Below are positions 1 through 12,535 of a stretch of 64,000 nt of DNA, piece after piece (the stretch's first letter is position 1; every line of letters begins with the position of its first letter). Location of the stretch: the NCBI GenBank assembly GCA_951406725.2, contig OX597826.1:36518001-36582000 (forward strand), written 5' to 3'. This stretch comes from Octopus vulgaris. Its lineage: Eukaryota. The translations under genes and the position numbers were made by a program. The notes under the pieces were generated by a model. That model worked only from the letters and a program-made list of their open reading frames with translations. It searched no databases and had not been told where the DNA came from.

Positions 1-214
1 AATTCTATCTTAAAGATGCAAAGAAGGAAGAATAATGGAACGTAATTTTATTAAAAAAAAGTTAATTATTCATAAACAACAAAAATATATAAATAAATGA
101 AATGGGAAAAAATTAATATTGAACATCATCAGTGACCAGAATTTGTTCCAATAACAAAGTATTATTGACGTTGTGGTTGGAATAACTTCTGTTATTATAA
201 TCATAATAATGTTT

Positions 215-1135
215 TGGTAGAACCAATAGAATAAATAGCAGTTAAAATGTCTCGTAGTGTTATTTCCAGCGGTTTATATTCTGAGCTCAAATCTCACTGA
301 GGTCAACTTTAATTTTGATCCTTCTGGGATCGATAAAATAAAGTGTCAGTAAAGTAAAAAGGGTCAGTTCCAGTGACCAACTCCTTTTCACATATTGGTG
401 AGCTGCTGCCAATATAAAACTTTAATTATAATGATAGTAATAACGGGCTGGCAGCTTTGCTCAAATGAAAGACTGCAGCTGCACTACTATGGACATCTGG
501 TAAAAATGTCTCGAAAGAGAATTGTTGGTTAGGTTTTGGGTGGATGGGTGGATGGGTGGGGGGGGGGCATGGCTGGGAGACTCAGGAGTAGACCATGAGC
601 AAGATGGTTGGATAGCATCCATGGGCTCAGCAAGTCTTGCTTCAGGTTCCAGCTGGATCAAATAAAGATGCTTACTTGTGACATGATCTGATGGAAAGAA
701 TGTCTGAGAACTCTGTCTCTACGTTCTCCCAAGGATTAAGTGGGCAAAGAAGATGAGATGGTGGGTTGGCAAAATTATTAAAGTATCACAAGAAATGACA
801 TGACATGTTTGTTCTAATTGTTTATATTCTAAGTTCAAATTATATTGGAGATAACTTTCCTTTCGTCTTCAATGAGATCAATGAAATAAGTAACATGCAG
901 ATATAAGGGGCACTTGAATCAGCAAAACCCTGCCCATAAATTTATGGCCTCCTACCTATGTAAGAAATTATTATTGGTATACTGGTTAGGTCATTAGAGT
1001 ATTGGTTAAAATGCTTTGCAGTATTTCTTCTGAGTCTTTATGGTTTTTGAGTTCAAACCCAGTTGAGGTCATCTTTGCTTTTCATTTTGGAGTTTGATAA
1101 AGTAAAACATTAAGTACTGAATTGGGATGGATGGT
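215..1135 (+). mobile_element. Three degraded copies of SINE family B (MetaSINE-like) at ~215-420, ~760-965, ~980-1135
   Basis: Each carries the family-B core: ttctgagttcaaa (B-box), gaggtcaactttgcctttcatcctt-like domain, then gataaaataagt. Confidence 0.7.
440..750 (+). mobile_element. RTE-clade LINE 3' fragment (degenerate end of RT ORF)
   Basis: Manual translation gives QLHYYGHLVKMSRKRIVG*VL...GRLRSRP*ARWLDSI, resembling the RTE C-terminal QLRWxGHxxRM...GRPxxRWxD pattern, with stops. Confidence 0.6.
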
Positions 1136-1153
1136 ATCAGGAAATAAAATAGT

Positions 1154-1188
1154 CTTTTATGTTTCAAGTCTACGCTCTTCCACAGAAA
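1154..1188 (-). ncRNA. Degenerate hammerhead-like motif in a Penelope-type short repeat
   Basis: Minus strand reads ttt-CTGTGGA-a-gagc-gtag-actt-GAAA-cata-aaag; core box is a variant (A6 to U). Related copy at 43268-43288 has gctc, restoring stem II. Confidence 0.35.
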
Positions 1189-1859
1189 CGAACACAGAAA
1201 GAAACAAGGAGACAAACACACACACACACGTTTGGTCACATAGATATCTGCAGAGTTTTAGCTATTAGTTTCCAGTATCTTGGCCAGAAATATAAAATGT
1301 GTAACAATTTCTAAATGCAAAATAATTTCTTAAAAAGCGAAAAAAAAATATCAAGAGATACTTCAGCTGAAGATGAAAAAGTTGTAAACAGAATCAGATG
1401 AAAGATCCATAAACTCATTCAGCTTATTCTTTTGTGCAGCAGACTGAAATTAAATGAAGCTTCCATTTCTTCTCAGGAACCCAAATACCAACTGATATTT
1501 TATCATTGGTTGGTAACAGGCAGAAAATAAATAAAAAAAAGCAACGTTAAACACATCCAATAAATATTACAGTTAGTATAATGATTGTTGTTGTTGTTGT
1601 TGTCATCGTTACTGTTGCTGTTATTATTTCTTACTGTGATGGTATATGTTGAATGGTTTATTATTATTATTTTTTTTATTTCTAGAACAATTATGTTTTT
1701 TCTTTCTATCCATTCTTTTTTTTTTTTTTTTCAGGATAATGTTCTATTTACTATTTATCCATCGGTGAAGTCAATAGTCAATGCTGAAATTGAGAATATC
1801 TTATAAATACAGGCATATACATCATCATCATCATCATCATCATCATCATTGTTTATGTG

Positions 1860-2120
1860 CACACTGATAAAAGTAAAGCCACTATGTTGGCTAGTCACAT
1901 ATGGGGTTTGAAAACCAACTGCACACCATGTACAATCAAATAGAGAATTGTAGAAAAATCCATGTCATATGTAAATGGATCTGAGAAATGCAACTTATGT
2001 GTAGCTGAAAGAAAGTACATTCTTATATTTATCCAAGAATTGCACCACACTACATAATTCCTAAACAAACATTGTCAGGAAATGCACAAACATAGACAAA
2101 AGTCTTTTGGCAAACTGAAG
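1860..2120 (+). pseudogene. Penelope-like element (PLE) GIY-YIG endonuclease C-terminal relic
   Basis: One frame from 1866 reads DKSKATMLASHIWGLKTNCTPCTIK*RIVEKSMSYVNGSEKCNLCVAERKYILIF...FLNKHCQEMHKHRQK, matching the PLE pattern LSxHIWxLK..IKW..Y..CxLCxxEK..LNK..xH; two in-frame stops. Confidence 0.75.
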
Positions 2121-2212
2121 GACACCACTATCTCTGAATCACAGAGTTTGGAATCCTGTCCCATGAATTATTTGACAAAAACTAGTTTAATTATGGTCAA
2201 AAGGGACATAAC

Positions 2213-2620
2213 TCTCTTTCTCTTTCTCTTTTTACTTGTTTCAGTCATTTGACTGCAGCCATGCTGGAGCACCACCCTTAATCGAGCAACTTGACCCTGG
2301 GACTTATTCTTTGTAAGCCCAGTACTTATTCTATCGATCTCTTTTGCCAAACCGCTAAGTGATGGGGACATAAACACACCAGCATCGGTTGTCAAGCAAT
2401 GCTAGGGGGACAAACACAGACACACACACATACATGCACATACATATATATACATATATACGACGGGCTTCTTTCAGTTTCCGTCTACCAAATCCACTCA
2501 CAAGGCTTTGGTTGGCCCGAGGCTATAGTAGAAGACACTTGCCCAAGGTGCCATGCAGTGGGACTGAACCCGGAACCATGTGGTTGGTAAACAAGCTACT
2601 TACCACACAGCCACTCCTGC
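2213..2620 (-). mobile_element. tRNA-derived SINE family A, full length
   Basis: Reverse complement begins ggagtggctgtgtggtaag (A-box) and ggttcagtccc (B-box), has an internal (TA/TG)n tract and ends gactgaaacaagtaaaaag; closely similar to copies at 20905 and 56553. Confidence 0.9.
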
Positions 2621-2745
2621 ACCTATTTTTCTTTATTGTAATGTTCTTTTCTTTTCTTTTTGTTTTTATTCACCCTTTCACTTTTGGTATCATGCTCAAC
2701 ACACATATACACACACACGCATATACACATATACATATAAATATA

Positions 2746-3562
2746 CTAGCTTAAAAGCTGCCCTATTGGGTGGCTTTTAAGTTAGTATATAGCTTTTAAG
2801 CAACTGACCCTGGTTGGGAAGATCTGCAAACAGATCTCTGACTGGTTTTGCAGAATTTGTTGCAATTGCTTCCTCTAGAGTCATATCCCAATGATGATCA
2901 TATTCGTTTCCAAAAAATCATGTCAAATTATCGCCAAAAGCAATCACAGTAATGTAAACCAAGGAATCCAAAATTTCAAGATTGCAGGTCCAGATTCAGC
3001 CTGGAATGGTTTTTATTTACTCATAGAGTTGGCTTTTAGATTGTAAACATTGTTATTATACAAGAAAATTTGTCGCAAAAAGTCAGATAAAGAAATTGCC
3101 ACAAACAATCACAGGAATGAAAACTTTGGAATCCAAAATTTCAGGATTGTGGGTCCGGATTCAGCCTGGAATGTTTTTAGTTTATTCATGGGATCAGCCT
3201 GATTCCAAAATGGTATGATTTGTTGGGCCATAGCCTCTAGGAGTAAAGTTGAAAAAGTGTGACACACTGACATCTATTACGTATTATATTATTATATTAT
3301 ATTAAGGCAGCGAGCTGGCAAAATCGTTAGCACACTGGGCAAAATGCTTAGTGTTATGTCATCTACATTAGGTTTTGAGTTAGAATTCCACTGAGGATTC
3401 TTTGCCTTTCATCCTTTTGGGGTCGGTAAAATTAGTACCAGTTACATACTGGTGTTGATGTAATTGACTAAATCCCTTCCTCCAACATTTGAGGCCTTTA
3501 TTAAAGGATTTATTTAAGTTGAAAAATTGTGACATCCTGACATTCACATTTATTATATTAGA
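2746..3562 (-). mobile_element. Non-autonomous Helitron-like element with internal tandem duplication and nested family-B SINE (~3305-3500)
   Basis: Minus strand begins tctaatataataaat at 3562; CTAG at 2746-2749 with hairpin ctagcttaaaagc...gcttttaagttag; ggaatccaaaatttc...gattcagcctggaatg occurs twice (~2963, ~3128). Confidence 0.55.
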
Positions 3563-4038
3563 TATGTTTAATTTTGGGGAAACTTTATTTCAATTAAAGT
3601 GTATTTTTATATGTTTATATGTGTGAGTATGTATATATACATGTGTGTGTGCTTATTAAAGAAAGCAAAAATAAAACAAAAATGACAGTGTTCAGTATGT
3701 TGGTGACAGGAATTTCTGTCCAAGAGACATGGTTAAACAAAATTGTACATCATTTCTCTCTGTCTCTCACATACCCACACTTTCTCTCCCACTGCCACCA
3801 TCCACACTACTACTTTTGATAAAACTCTCATTAAATTTTTTTCCCTCTCTTTCCCTCTCTTTTTCTTTTCTCTCTCTCTCTCTGTCTGTCTTTGTGTCCA
3901 CCCTCACCATCTCCATGCCTACTATTACTCTCACCCCATCATGAGGAATAGTAGGAGTGTCATTGAATAGTGAGAGGGGGTCTAAGTGTGACACACTGAC
4001 ACACAGAAATTAGGTTTCACATTTATTATAATAGATAC

Positions 4039-4100
<62 letters not shown>

Positions 4101-4625
4101 GCATATAGACATATATAAACATCTATACGCATATTTACACACATATATATATATATATATATATTTGAGTATGTATACATACATTTATACATATATATGC
4201 ATATATATATATACATATTTATATACACAAACACACATATATATATATATATATATATATTTGAGTATGTATACATACATTTATACATATATATGCATAT
4301 ATATATATATGCATATTTATATACACAAACAAACACATATATAGATATATATGCATACATATAAATACATGCACATAGAGTAACATCATAATGATGGGTT
4401 AAGCAGAAATTTAAGGTAAACTTATGTGCAAGTGTTTTTAATAAATAGAGATTTAATTTTGCAATGAAGAAGTCAATGCTGTAATTAGACTTGAAGTTTT
4501 TTTCCCTGAGGCCTGAAAGGGTGGTTACTCTGTCTAGCTCCAACTTTTATTAAAGCTTCATTAATGGTTCATTATGGATTCATGGTTAACGGAGATGATA
4601 TTAGACATTAGGTATTTCTAAGGCG

Positions 4626-5478
4626 CCAAGGTGTCATGTAGTGGGACTGAACTGAGAACCATGGTGGTTGGGAAGCAAGCTTCTTACCACACAGCCACGC
4701 CTGTGCCTATTCTTACCACACAGCTAGTGTTAGAACCTACAATGCTAGGTGTTCTATCTATATAACAGCCACTTATATTTTCATTGCTGGTGACTCCAAC
4801 TATCCTGAAATTGAATGGGAAACTTTTCATTGGCCACAAAGTGCAGGCGATTTCCTTGATGTAATGCTGGATGCAAACTGGTCCCAAGTAGCCACCTCTA
4901 CCACAAGAGGTAATAACACTTTGGACCTGTTCTTTACCACCACTCCTGAAACTGTTATCAGTGTTACGATGAAGGAATCTCTAGGCAATTCCGATCATGT
5001 TATGATCATTGCCAATCTGTCTCTTATAGGCTAAAACAAGAAGCACCACCACATTCAAACCATTTTGACCAACAATATAGCTTCTTCACCAGTGAAATCC
5101 AAACACTGCAACTACTGATGGAAGTGTGTGGACAGTAAGAGGAACTATGTTAAAAGATGAACTTCATTTGGCCCCATTCCATGAGAGCATCTTATTTGGC
5201 CTATGAACATTTCGGCCGACCCTTATAATGATAAATATTATTATTATTATACTTGCATTTGTTTTAAACATTGAAAAAATACACATTTTCATAAATAAAT
5301 TTGAACCTGGGTTTGCACTCCTAAGCAAATTTTTGCTGTTATATAGATAGAACACCTAGCATTGTAGGTTCTAACACTAGCTGTGTGGTAAGAATAGGCA
5401 CAGGTGTGGCTGTGTGGTAAGAAGCTTGCTTCCCAACCACCATGGTTCTCAGTTCAGTCCCACTACATGACACCTTGG
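4626..5478. repeat. Near-perfect 144-bp inverted duplication (arms 4626-4769 and 5335-5478)
   Basis: Arms are reverse complements with one mismatch by eye and include both a SINE head and its non-SINE flank. Confidence 0.9.
4771..5034 (+). pseudogene. LINE (CR1/Jockey-group-like) APE endonuclease fragment
   Basis: Open frame TYIFIAGDSNYPEIEWETF...TTRGNNTLDLFFTTTPE...LGNSDHVMI carries the APE motifs GD(F)N.P.I.W, TR..N.LDL and SDH; not in the ORF track. Confidence 0.85.
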
Positions 5479-5556
5479 GCAAGTGTCTTCTACTATAGCA
5501 TTAGGCTGACTAAAGCCTTGTCAGTGGGTTTGGTAGATGGAAACTGAAAGAAGTCC

Positions 5557-5603
<47 letters not shown>

Positions 5604-5815
5604 CTTTGTGCATGTGTTTGTGCCCCTAACATCGCTTGACAACCGATGTTGGTGTGTTTATGTCCCTGAAACTCAGTGGTTCAGCAAAAGAGACCAATAG
5701 CATAAATACTAGGCTTATAAAGAATAAGTCCTGGGGTCGGTTTGTGTGACTAAAGGCAATGCTACAGCATGGCCACTGTCATGACTGAAGCATGTAAAAG
5801 AGAATGAAAGAGAAT
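5398..5815 (+). mobile_element. SINE family A copy
   Basis: gtggctgtgtggtaagaagcttgc head, agttcagtccc B-box, (TG)n tract, gactgaagcatgtaaaag tail. Confidence 0.85.
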
Positions 5816-6199
5816 ACACACACACACACACAGTGAAACAAACAAACTGATTTAAAAATTGCACAGAAGGTAGCAATTTGAAAAATCACGTATAAGTAGT
5901 GGAGGATGTTGAGTGGAGTGGCAGCGGTGTAAGATGTGTGTTTTGGCATTGACTGGTGCTGCTTGTACAAATTGCATGTTTTGTCCCAGATAAATGAGTG
6001 AAATTACAGTGAAATTGCAGTTACTGCATTTGTACAGTCCCATACATTCAGAAAACTGGCATATTTTGGGGGTATCATGCATTTATAGAATTTATTTTAT
6101 TTACATTTGGCAGATTTATCATGGAACTGTGAGGTATACATTCAAATTGAGGTGGACAGTAGAATAGTATGGCAATGATGATGATGATGATGATGATTA

Positions 6200-6690
6200 T
6201 GGGTCACTTGTAGTATTCAATGGAAATGCAGAATGTGGATAGTTAGAAATGAAGGGCTTGATATCAAGAATATGTTGTCAAAGAAATTGGTGTCAATAAG
6301 AGTGAAATAAAGAATCCTATGGGTATACCTAGATTCTACCCTTATATAAGAGTGTGTGATCTGGAACGTGAACAATCCTATATGAAAGCTTATCAATGCT
6401 GCAGACACACGGTTCCGTAGAGAAATACTGAAAATATTCTCATACACAGATAGGCGAACAAATGTAGACGGCTTTAGACTAGCAGAGACTGTGTGGAAAC
6501 TTCTAAATAATCTAAGTAAGAAATAATTTTTTCACTGGACACCATATGAGAAGACAATGCTTTGGCATCTGGAAAAGTTTGAATAAGAAGGACAGAAATA
6601 AAAGATAAAGAACGGTCTTATCAGTTGGCTACAGAAATGCGAAGCTAGTAAGATGTTAAATTCTGTGGTACATGAAGGGCAGGGTGGAAG
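6200..6690 (+). mobile_element. Degraded RTE-clade LINE 3' fragment
   Basis: Piecewise translation such as KLINAADTRFRREILKI..YTDRRTNV resembles the RTE post-RT region; frameshifted. Confidence 0.5.
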
Positions 6691-6715
6691 TTAATAGCCA
6701 CTGATGCCTGTAGGC

Positions 6716-6951
6716 TTAACATATTTAGTTCTATAAAGATCAGTCCAACTGTGACCACCTCTGCTTTTATGATACAGACTTCCCGGTCTAAAGTGATCTA
6801 GACTAAAACACACCATCAAGATTTGTTAGTTTACATTCCAGACATCAGCTTCATAATGATGAAAGTTACTTTACTAAATTCTTCATTCTTTCGAAAATCA
6901 ATTGAAACAAAAGCAGCATATTTTAACAGAAATATGGCAACAAAAGGGTTA
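6716..6951. mobile_element. piggyBac-like MITE
   Basis: Ends caaaagggTTAA and begins at ttaac; related fragments at ~57270-57330 and ~57700-57785. Confidence 0.45.
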
Positions 6952-7145
6952 AAAGAAGCTATTTATAATATATGCGCACACAGACAGAACCAAATTAATT
7001 AGTTTGTCTAGTTTGCATAACGGTGAAAATGTTGGCCATGTGAATGAATTAAGTAAGAGAAGCTGAGCTGTTTTGAAACCACCATAGGACCCTGTGCAAA
7101 GAAATACACAGGAGCCCATACACACACAAACACAGTATCTCTCTC

Positions 7146-7184
<39 letters not shown>

Positions 7185-7189
<5 letters not shown>

Positions 7190-7400
7190 CAAACTGGGAC
7201 AAGAACGCAAAACATTTAGAAGACGATACAAAAAACACGGGGGGGACATTCGAAGCCTTCAATCTTCAGTCAAGAACTGGATCATCCTCGCAATTTCGGC
7301 TGATTAATCCAGTCTGGCCAGCCTCAATGAAAAACTAAGCTAAGCACATTAGATTCCTTGGAAAAAGCTTTGAATGTATACAAAACAAGGACGGAAATGT
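7185..7400 (-). mobile_element. Short repeat between (TA)n and (TG)n tracts, possibly PLE pseudo-LTR derived
   Basis: Minus strand has ggctg...cagcc-GAAA and a separate CTGAAGA, but not in canonical order. Confidence 0.35.
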
Positions 7401-7408
7401 GGCAGGGG

Positions 7409-7449
<41 letters not shown>

Positions 7450-8277
7450 TGTGTGAATATATGTGAATTAGTGTGTTGAATAAAGCATGTTCACAGTTTG
7501 GGCTTCCTGGTGTCATCCACGGTTGGGGTATATTTCTGTTGGATCTACTTCAGGAATGCTGCAGTATTAGTTGAGATGATAATAATAATCGATGAAGAAA
7601 ACAGAAGATGGATTTGGCATGAGTCTTTATTCAGTACGATGGCACAGCATCCCACCCATAAAGGATAGTCACAGGAGGGGTCAAAAAACGATCGTTGTAA
7701 GACCCTGATACTTAATTTATATAACTATTTTATGTTACAATAACAAAAGATTGTCTTCGACCTAAACGAGCTTGGATTAATATTATTTGAGATATATAAA
7801 AATATATTTTGATAGTTGTAGATTCTATTTACTTAATTATTTTGTCCATTACAATTTTGTTGTTTTTTAATGGTAATTGTTACATAGTTGAAAGTTAATG
7901 CTCACACTCATAATATATAGAAATTTGAATTAATTTTTTACAATCCAGCTGTCCTTTCACATGGAATTTCATCTATCTTTAAACCTTAGCTCAGTTGAGA
8001 TTTATATAAGTGAATTGAATTGTTTATATATCAAATAATGTATATTACTCAAAACAAATTGTTAACTTTTTTGATTTTTTAATGTTATCTTATATTATAT
8101 TATATTATATTATATTCATAGTATATGTTATATTATAATATAAATAAAATACTGTATTGTCAATTATATCTCTCTATTTAATTTATTGTTTGTGATTTGC
8201 ATTATACCCATGTACCAGTGAATTGAATGTTTTACACACCCGTTTGAAGGAATTCTTTTCCTTAGCTTGTTATTTTA

Positions 8278-8317
<40 letters not shown>

Positions 8318-8336
8318 CACACACTCACATACATAT

Positions 8337-8422
<86 letters not shown>

Positions 8423-8558
8423 TAATAATAATCCTTTCTATTAAAGGCACATGACCGGAAAGTTTGAGGAAGGGGGTTAATCAATTAGATCGACTGCAGT
8501 ACATGAGTGGAACTTAATTTATCGACACATAGTGGTATTTCATTGTCTTTATGTTCTG

Positions 8559-8890
8559 TTTCTAGTTGGGTATCTGACACAAGCGTTCTGTGTCCTTAAG
8601 GTTTTAAACAGGGGAGATAAGCACCTCCACCGAACAAAGTCAGCAGTCAGAGATTAGTCTCAGGGCAATTGCCCATCATCAGTTGGGTGAAGGTGCTTAT
8701 CTCCCTTGTTTGAAAACTTAAGGACACAGAACGCTAGTGTCGCATAGCCTACTAGAAATGGTGATTCTTGAGGCTAAATAACAGTAGCATTTTTCCTTTT
8801 CCTGGGACTGCCACATTAAGTTGGCAACAAGCCATCACTTTATCATGTTGCTACTGCATAACTCTCTCTCTTTAGAAATGCAATATTTAT
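8559..8890 (-). mobile_element. PLE pseudo-LTR-like foldback element, copy 1 (77-bp inverted arms around a hammerhead motif)
   Basis: 8559-8635 is the imperfect reverse complement of 8682-8758; 8650-8890 aligns with 13180-13425. Confidence 0.75.
8648..8686 (-). ncRNA. Minimal hammerhead ribozyme motif (decayed)
   Basis: Minus strand reads ccaa-CTGATGA-tggg-caattg-ccct-GAGA-ctaa-tc-tctg; with copy 2 the inferred consensus is CTGATGA-aggg..ccct-GAAA-ctag-TC. Confidence 0.6.
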
Positions 8891-8946
8891 ATGTGTGTGT
8901 GTGTATGTGTAACAATTTTGCCAGTTTGTCACCTTAAAAATTATTC

Positions 8947-9018
8947 TGGAGATGCCAGGGATTGAACCTGGGTCATTTTGCATGCAAAGTGAATGCTCTG
9001 CTACTGAGCTACTGCTCT
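8947..9018 (-). pseudogene. tRNA-Ala(TGC) pseudogene or SINE head
   Basis: Minus strand agagcag-TAGCTCAGTAG-cagagc-a-ttcac-tt-TGC-at-gcaaa-atgac-ccagg-TTCAATC-cctgg-catctcc-a follows eukaryotic tRNA-Ala(TGC); T arm intact, acceptor and anticodon stems disrupted. Confidence 0.8.
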
Positions 9019-9374
9019 CTTTATGTGTGCTTTGTGATCAATTCTTTATAGTTCAAAGATTTTGTATGTTTCTTTTACATCCATTTAATGAATAGGGTCT
9101 ATTTTAGGAGAAAATATTAAAAATAAAAGCATGATTTTGGAATTTTATTGATGCAGTTTTAAAACAAGATTGTCTTTTTGTACATATGAACACAAAACAT
9201 CTGATATATATATATATATTTTACTTAAAGATGTTTACTAATATCTCTACTCCAACTGGGTGTATAAAGTGTAGAAAAGTATAAAGTGTAGAAAATAGAA
9301 AGAAAAGTGAATTTTATTTCAGGATGTAAAATAAACCCAGTCACGAAACAAAACTTATTTCATTAGTGTTTTGA

Positions 9375-10028
9375 GGTTGGTGGTGGTGACGATGGTGATG
9401 ATGATCGTGATGATGATCGTGATGGGGATGATGATGATGATGATGATATTGTTGTGGTGGTGGTGTGGTGGTGGTGGTGATGACAGCAGCAGTAGTGGTG
9501 AAACCAAAAGAGGGAGAATGGCAAGGTTGTTGTTGTTGTTGCTGTTGCGATGGTGGTACTAGTGTTCATGATGTTGACAATGATGATGACGATGTTGATG
9601 ATAGAAAAGAGACATATGGAAGAGAGGTATGGACGATGACAGTAATAATGATGACAATGGTGATGACGAGGAGGATCTTAATGAGAGTAGCATGGATAAT
9701 ATTGATTACCATTAATCATCATTTGACGATGGTGATGATAGACAAACTTTGTGATGAAACCAGCAGTTAATAAGACTGAAGGTGTTACATAACAGAAAAG
9801 GAAGACAGGTGCTTACTTTAGTTACACATATATCTCGTTAGCAAATATTTCGTATTTCATATTTTCTCACATTGACCTTCCAAAACAACACAACTTAGTT
9901 GCAATCTAATACTTATTTATATAACTATTTATTATTATTATTATCATATTATTATTATTATCATTATTATTATTATTATTATCACTATTATTACTATTAT
10001 TATCATTATTATTATTATTGTTGTTATT

Positions 10029-10078
<50 letters not shown>

Positions 10079-10165
10079 TATTATTATTCTTATTCTTATT
10101 ATTCTTATTCTTATTACTATTGTTGTTGTTGTTGCTGTTATAGATGATGTTGTTGTTGTTGTTTC
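9375..10165. repeat. Compound trinucleotide microsatellites (GGT/GAT/GTT; TAT/CAT)
   Basis: Direct reading of the sequence. Confidence 0.9.
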
Positions 10166-10613
10166 CTCTTGTTTTGCTTTAATTTGTAGCTATTGTTTAG
10201 AACTTAATTAATTTCATTGTGATATTCAAATTGAAAGTATTCTAATGAAAAGTGGGGAAGACAGATTGTTAAAAGTTCTGATTAATAACACTAAATTTTA
10301 GAATTTATCAAATGTCATAAGTTCTAGTGTCTCTTTCTCTCTCTCTCTCTCAACAATTGTTAAATACCTGAATAGCTACAGAATAAACTACAAATTACTC
10401 GTTAATATTAACAACAAGCAGGTAATTCAATTTTCAACACAGCCTTAGTGCTCTGACTTTAATGAAAATTCATTAGAAGGGATACATTAGCTGCTTCGTT
10501 AATATTCTGCATGACCAAATTTGAAACTGCATCACCATACCATGAACTAAGGAGCCATATTATGGTTACTGGATTGGTAGAAATAGCAGGCAAATCTCTT
10601 CAAACTAATTCTT

Positions 10614-11220
10614 TTTACTGGCTGGCATTTTGGGCAAGTGTTTTCTACTACAGCCTCGGGCTGACCAAAGCCTTGTGAGTGGACTTAGTGGATGGAAACT
10701 GGGTGAAGCCCATCGTATGTGTATGTGTGTGCCTTTGTGTCTGTGTTTGTCTCCACAACATCACTTGACAACCGACGTTGGTGTGTTCACGACCCCATAA
10801 CTTAGCAGTTCAGCAAAAGAGACTGATAGATTAAATACTAAGCTGACAAAAAACAAGAGCTGGGGTCAATTTCTTCAACTAAAAAAAAACCCTTTACTGG
10901 CTGGGACTTTGGGCAAGTGTTTTCTACTACAGCCTCGGGCTGACCAAAGCCTTGTGAGTGGACTTAGTGGATGGAAACTTGGTGAAGCCCATCGTATGTG
11001 TATGTGTGTGTATATATTTATGTGTGTGCCTTTGTGTCTGTATTTGTCCTCACACCATCACTTGACAACCGACGTTGGTGTGTTCACGACCCCATAACTT
11101 AGCAGTTCAGCAAAAGAGACTGATAGATTAAATACTAAGCTTACAAAGAACAAGAGCTGGGGTCAATTTCCGCAACCAAAAATCCCCTTTCAGGTGGTGC
11201 TTCAGCCTTTCTGGCCATAA
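10614..11220 (+). repeat. Tandem duplication (~280 bp) of a 5'-truncated family-A SINE
   Basis: Both units begin tttactggctgg and share private variants (gacttagtggatggaaact, ttcacgaccccataac, gattaaatactaagc). Confidence 0.85.
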
Positions 11221-11289
11221 TGATATATATATATATATATATGTACATACATGTATATACATATATATATATATGTGTCTGTATGTATG

Positions 11290-11362
<73 letters not shown>

Positions 11363-11363
11363 G

Positions 11364-11422
<59 letters not shown>

Positions 11423-11740
11423 TATATATATATGTATACAGTAATACCTCATTTTATGAGGACTCTCTTTAGGAGAGCCAAGGTTTGCAAATTTTATTAT
11501 ATAATATATATAAAAAGGTTAATCAGCCATTTTGTGTGTGTGGCAATGTTGCAATATGTAACAACACTGGTTCTGTTGTGTCTACACAGCAACAGAGTAA
11601 AATGACAGCATAAAATTTCATTGCTACTATGGAAGATTATTGCTCTGCTTTACGAGTTTCTATTCTATGACCAATCTCCAGGAATAAATTAATTTGTATA
11701 TCAAGGCATTATTGTGTGTATCTGTATATATATATATAAA

Positions 11741-12535
11741 CAGGGTGCAGTGAATAAACTGTTGTCTAAATTATGCAAAAATGAAAATAACACTGACATT
11801 TCATTGTAACAGATATGTTTACCAAAATTACATAAAAATATCTTGAAATACTAAAGAGAAAATCTATTCAATAAAGCTGCTATTGGGTTCAACCATGGCC
11901 TCCAGCCAACTTCAGAATCTCCTGCAACTCTTCTGGACGGTCACCTTGTTTAAGTTGGTGAATGCTGCCATAATCCCTGCCTTCAGTTTATCTTTGGTGT
12001 TACAAGGAGTTTTGAGGGTCTCTTGCTCAATAATAATCAAACATAATAATCAAGGGGTTGTATTCTAGGAAGTTAAGTGGCCAAATGTTAGGGGTGTTAT
12101 AGTCACAGAAATTGTCTGACAGCCATGACTAGGGTCTTCCAGAAGCCACTCTGTTGACCCAGGGCAGCACTATCTCCTCCAGGCATTAGATGTAGGACTT
12201 GTGTTGAGTGCGGGGCCATGTGGGAAGATGAATGAAGGCATAAAATTACCATCATCAGTGATAACTCCATACAATATGATGTTGACTGGATGTTTGATTT
12301 TTAGCACTCTTGATGCATGTCCTCAGCTTGCACTGTCCTCAGATTGACATCTAGACACTCTGAAAAGCTTGTATTGGTATTTCCAAAATGAATACCAAGT
12401 AGTAAAGCATGTTATTTCCAAATATCTGGCAAAATGAATTGTGTCATGGTGCTGTTTTTCATATAGACGGTGCCCAACTGACCCTACTATACTGTGTAGT
12501 CAACAAAATCAAAAACCGACAATGTGCCTGTGCAA
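11741..12535 (-). mobile_element. Tc1/mariner superfamily (DD37D/maT-like) transposon relic
   Basis: Minus-strand translation SWLSDNFCDYNTPNIWPLNFLEYNP.DY...TPCNTKDKLKAGIMAAFTNLNKVTVQKSCRRF resembles the WPxNSPDLNPLDY region; terminus cagggtg at 11741. Confidence 0.7.

Noticed and set aside
8947-9018. Functional tRNA-Ala gene
   Set aside because: Acceptor and anticodon stems are mismatched and the D-loop GG is lost, so it is reported as a pseudogene.
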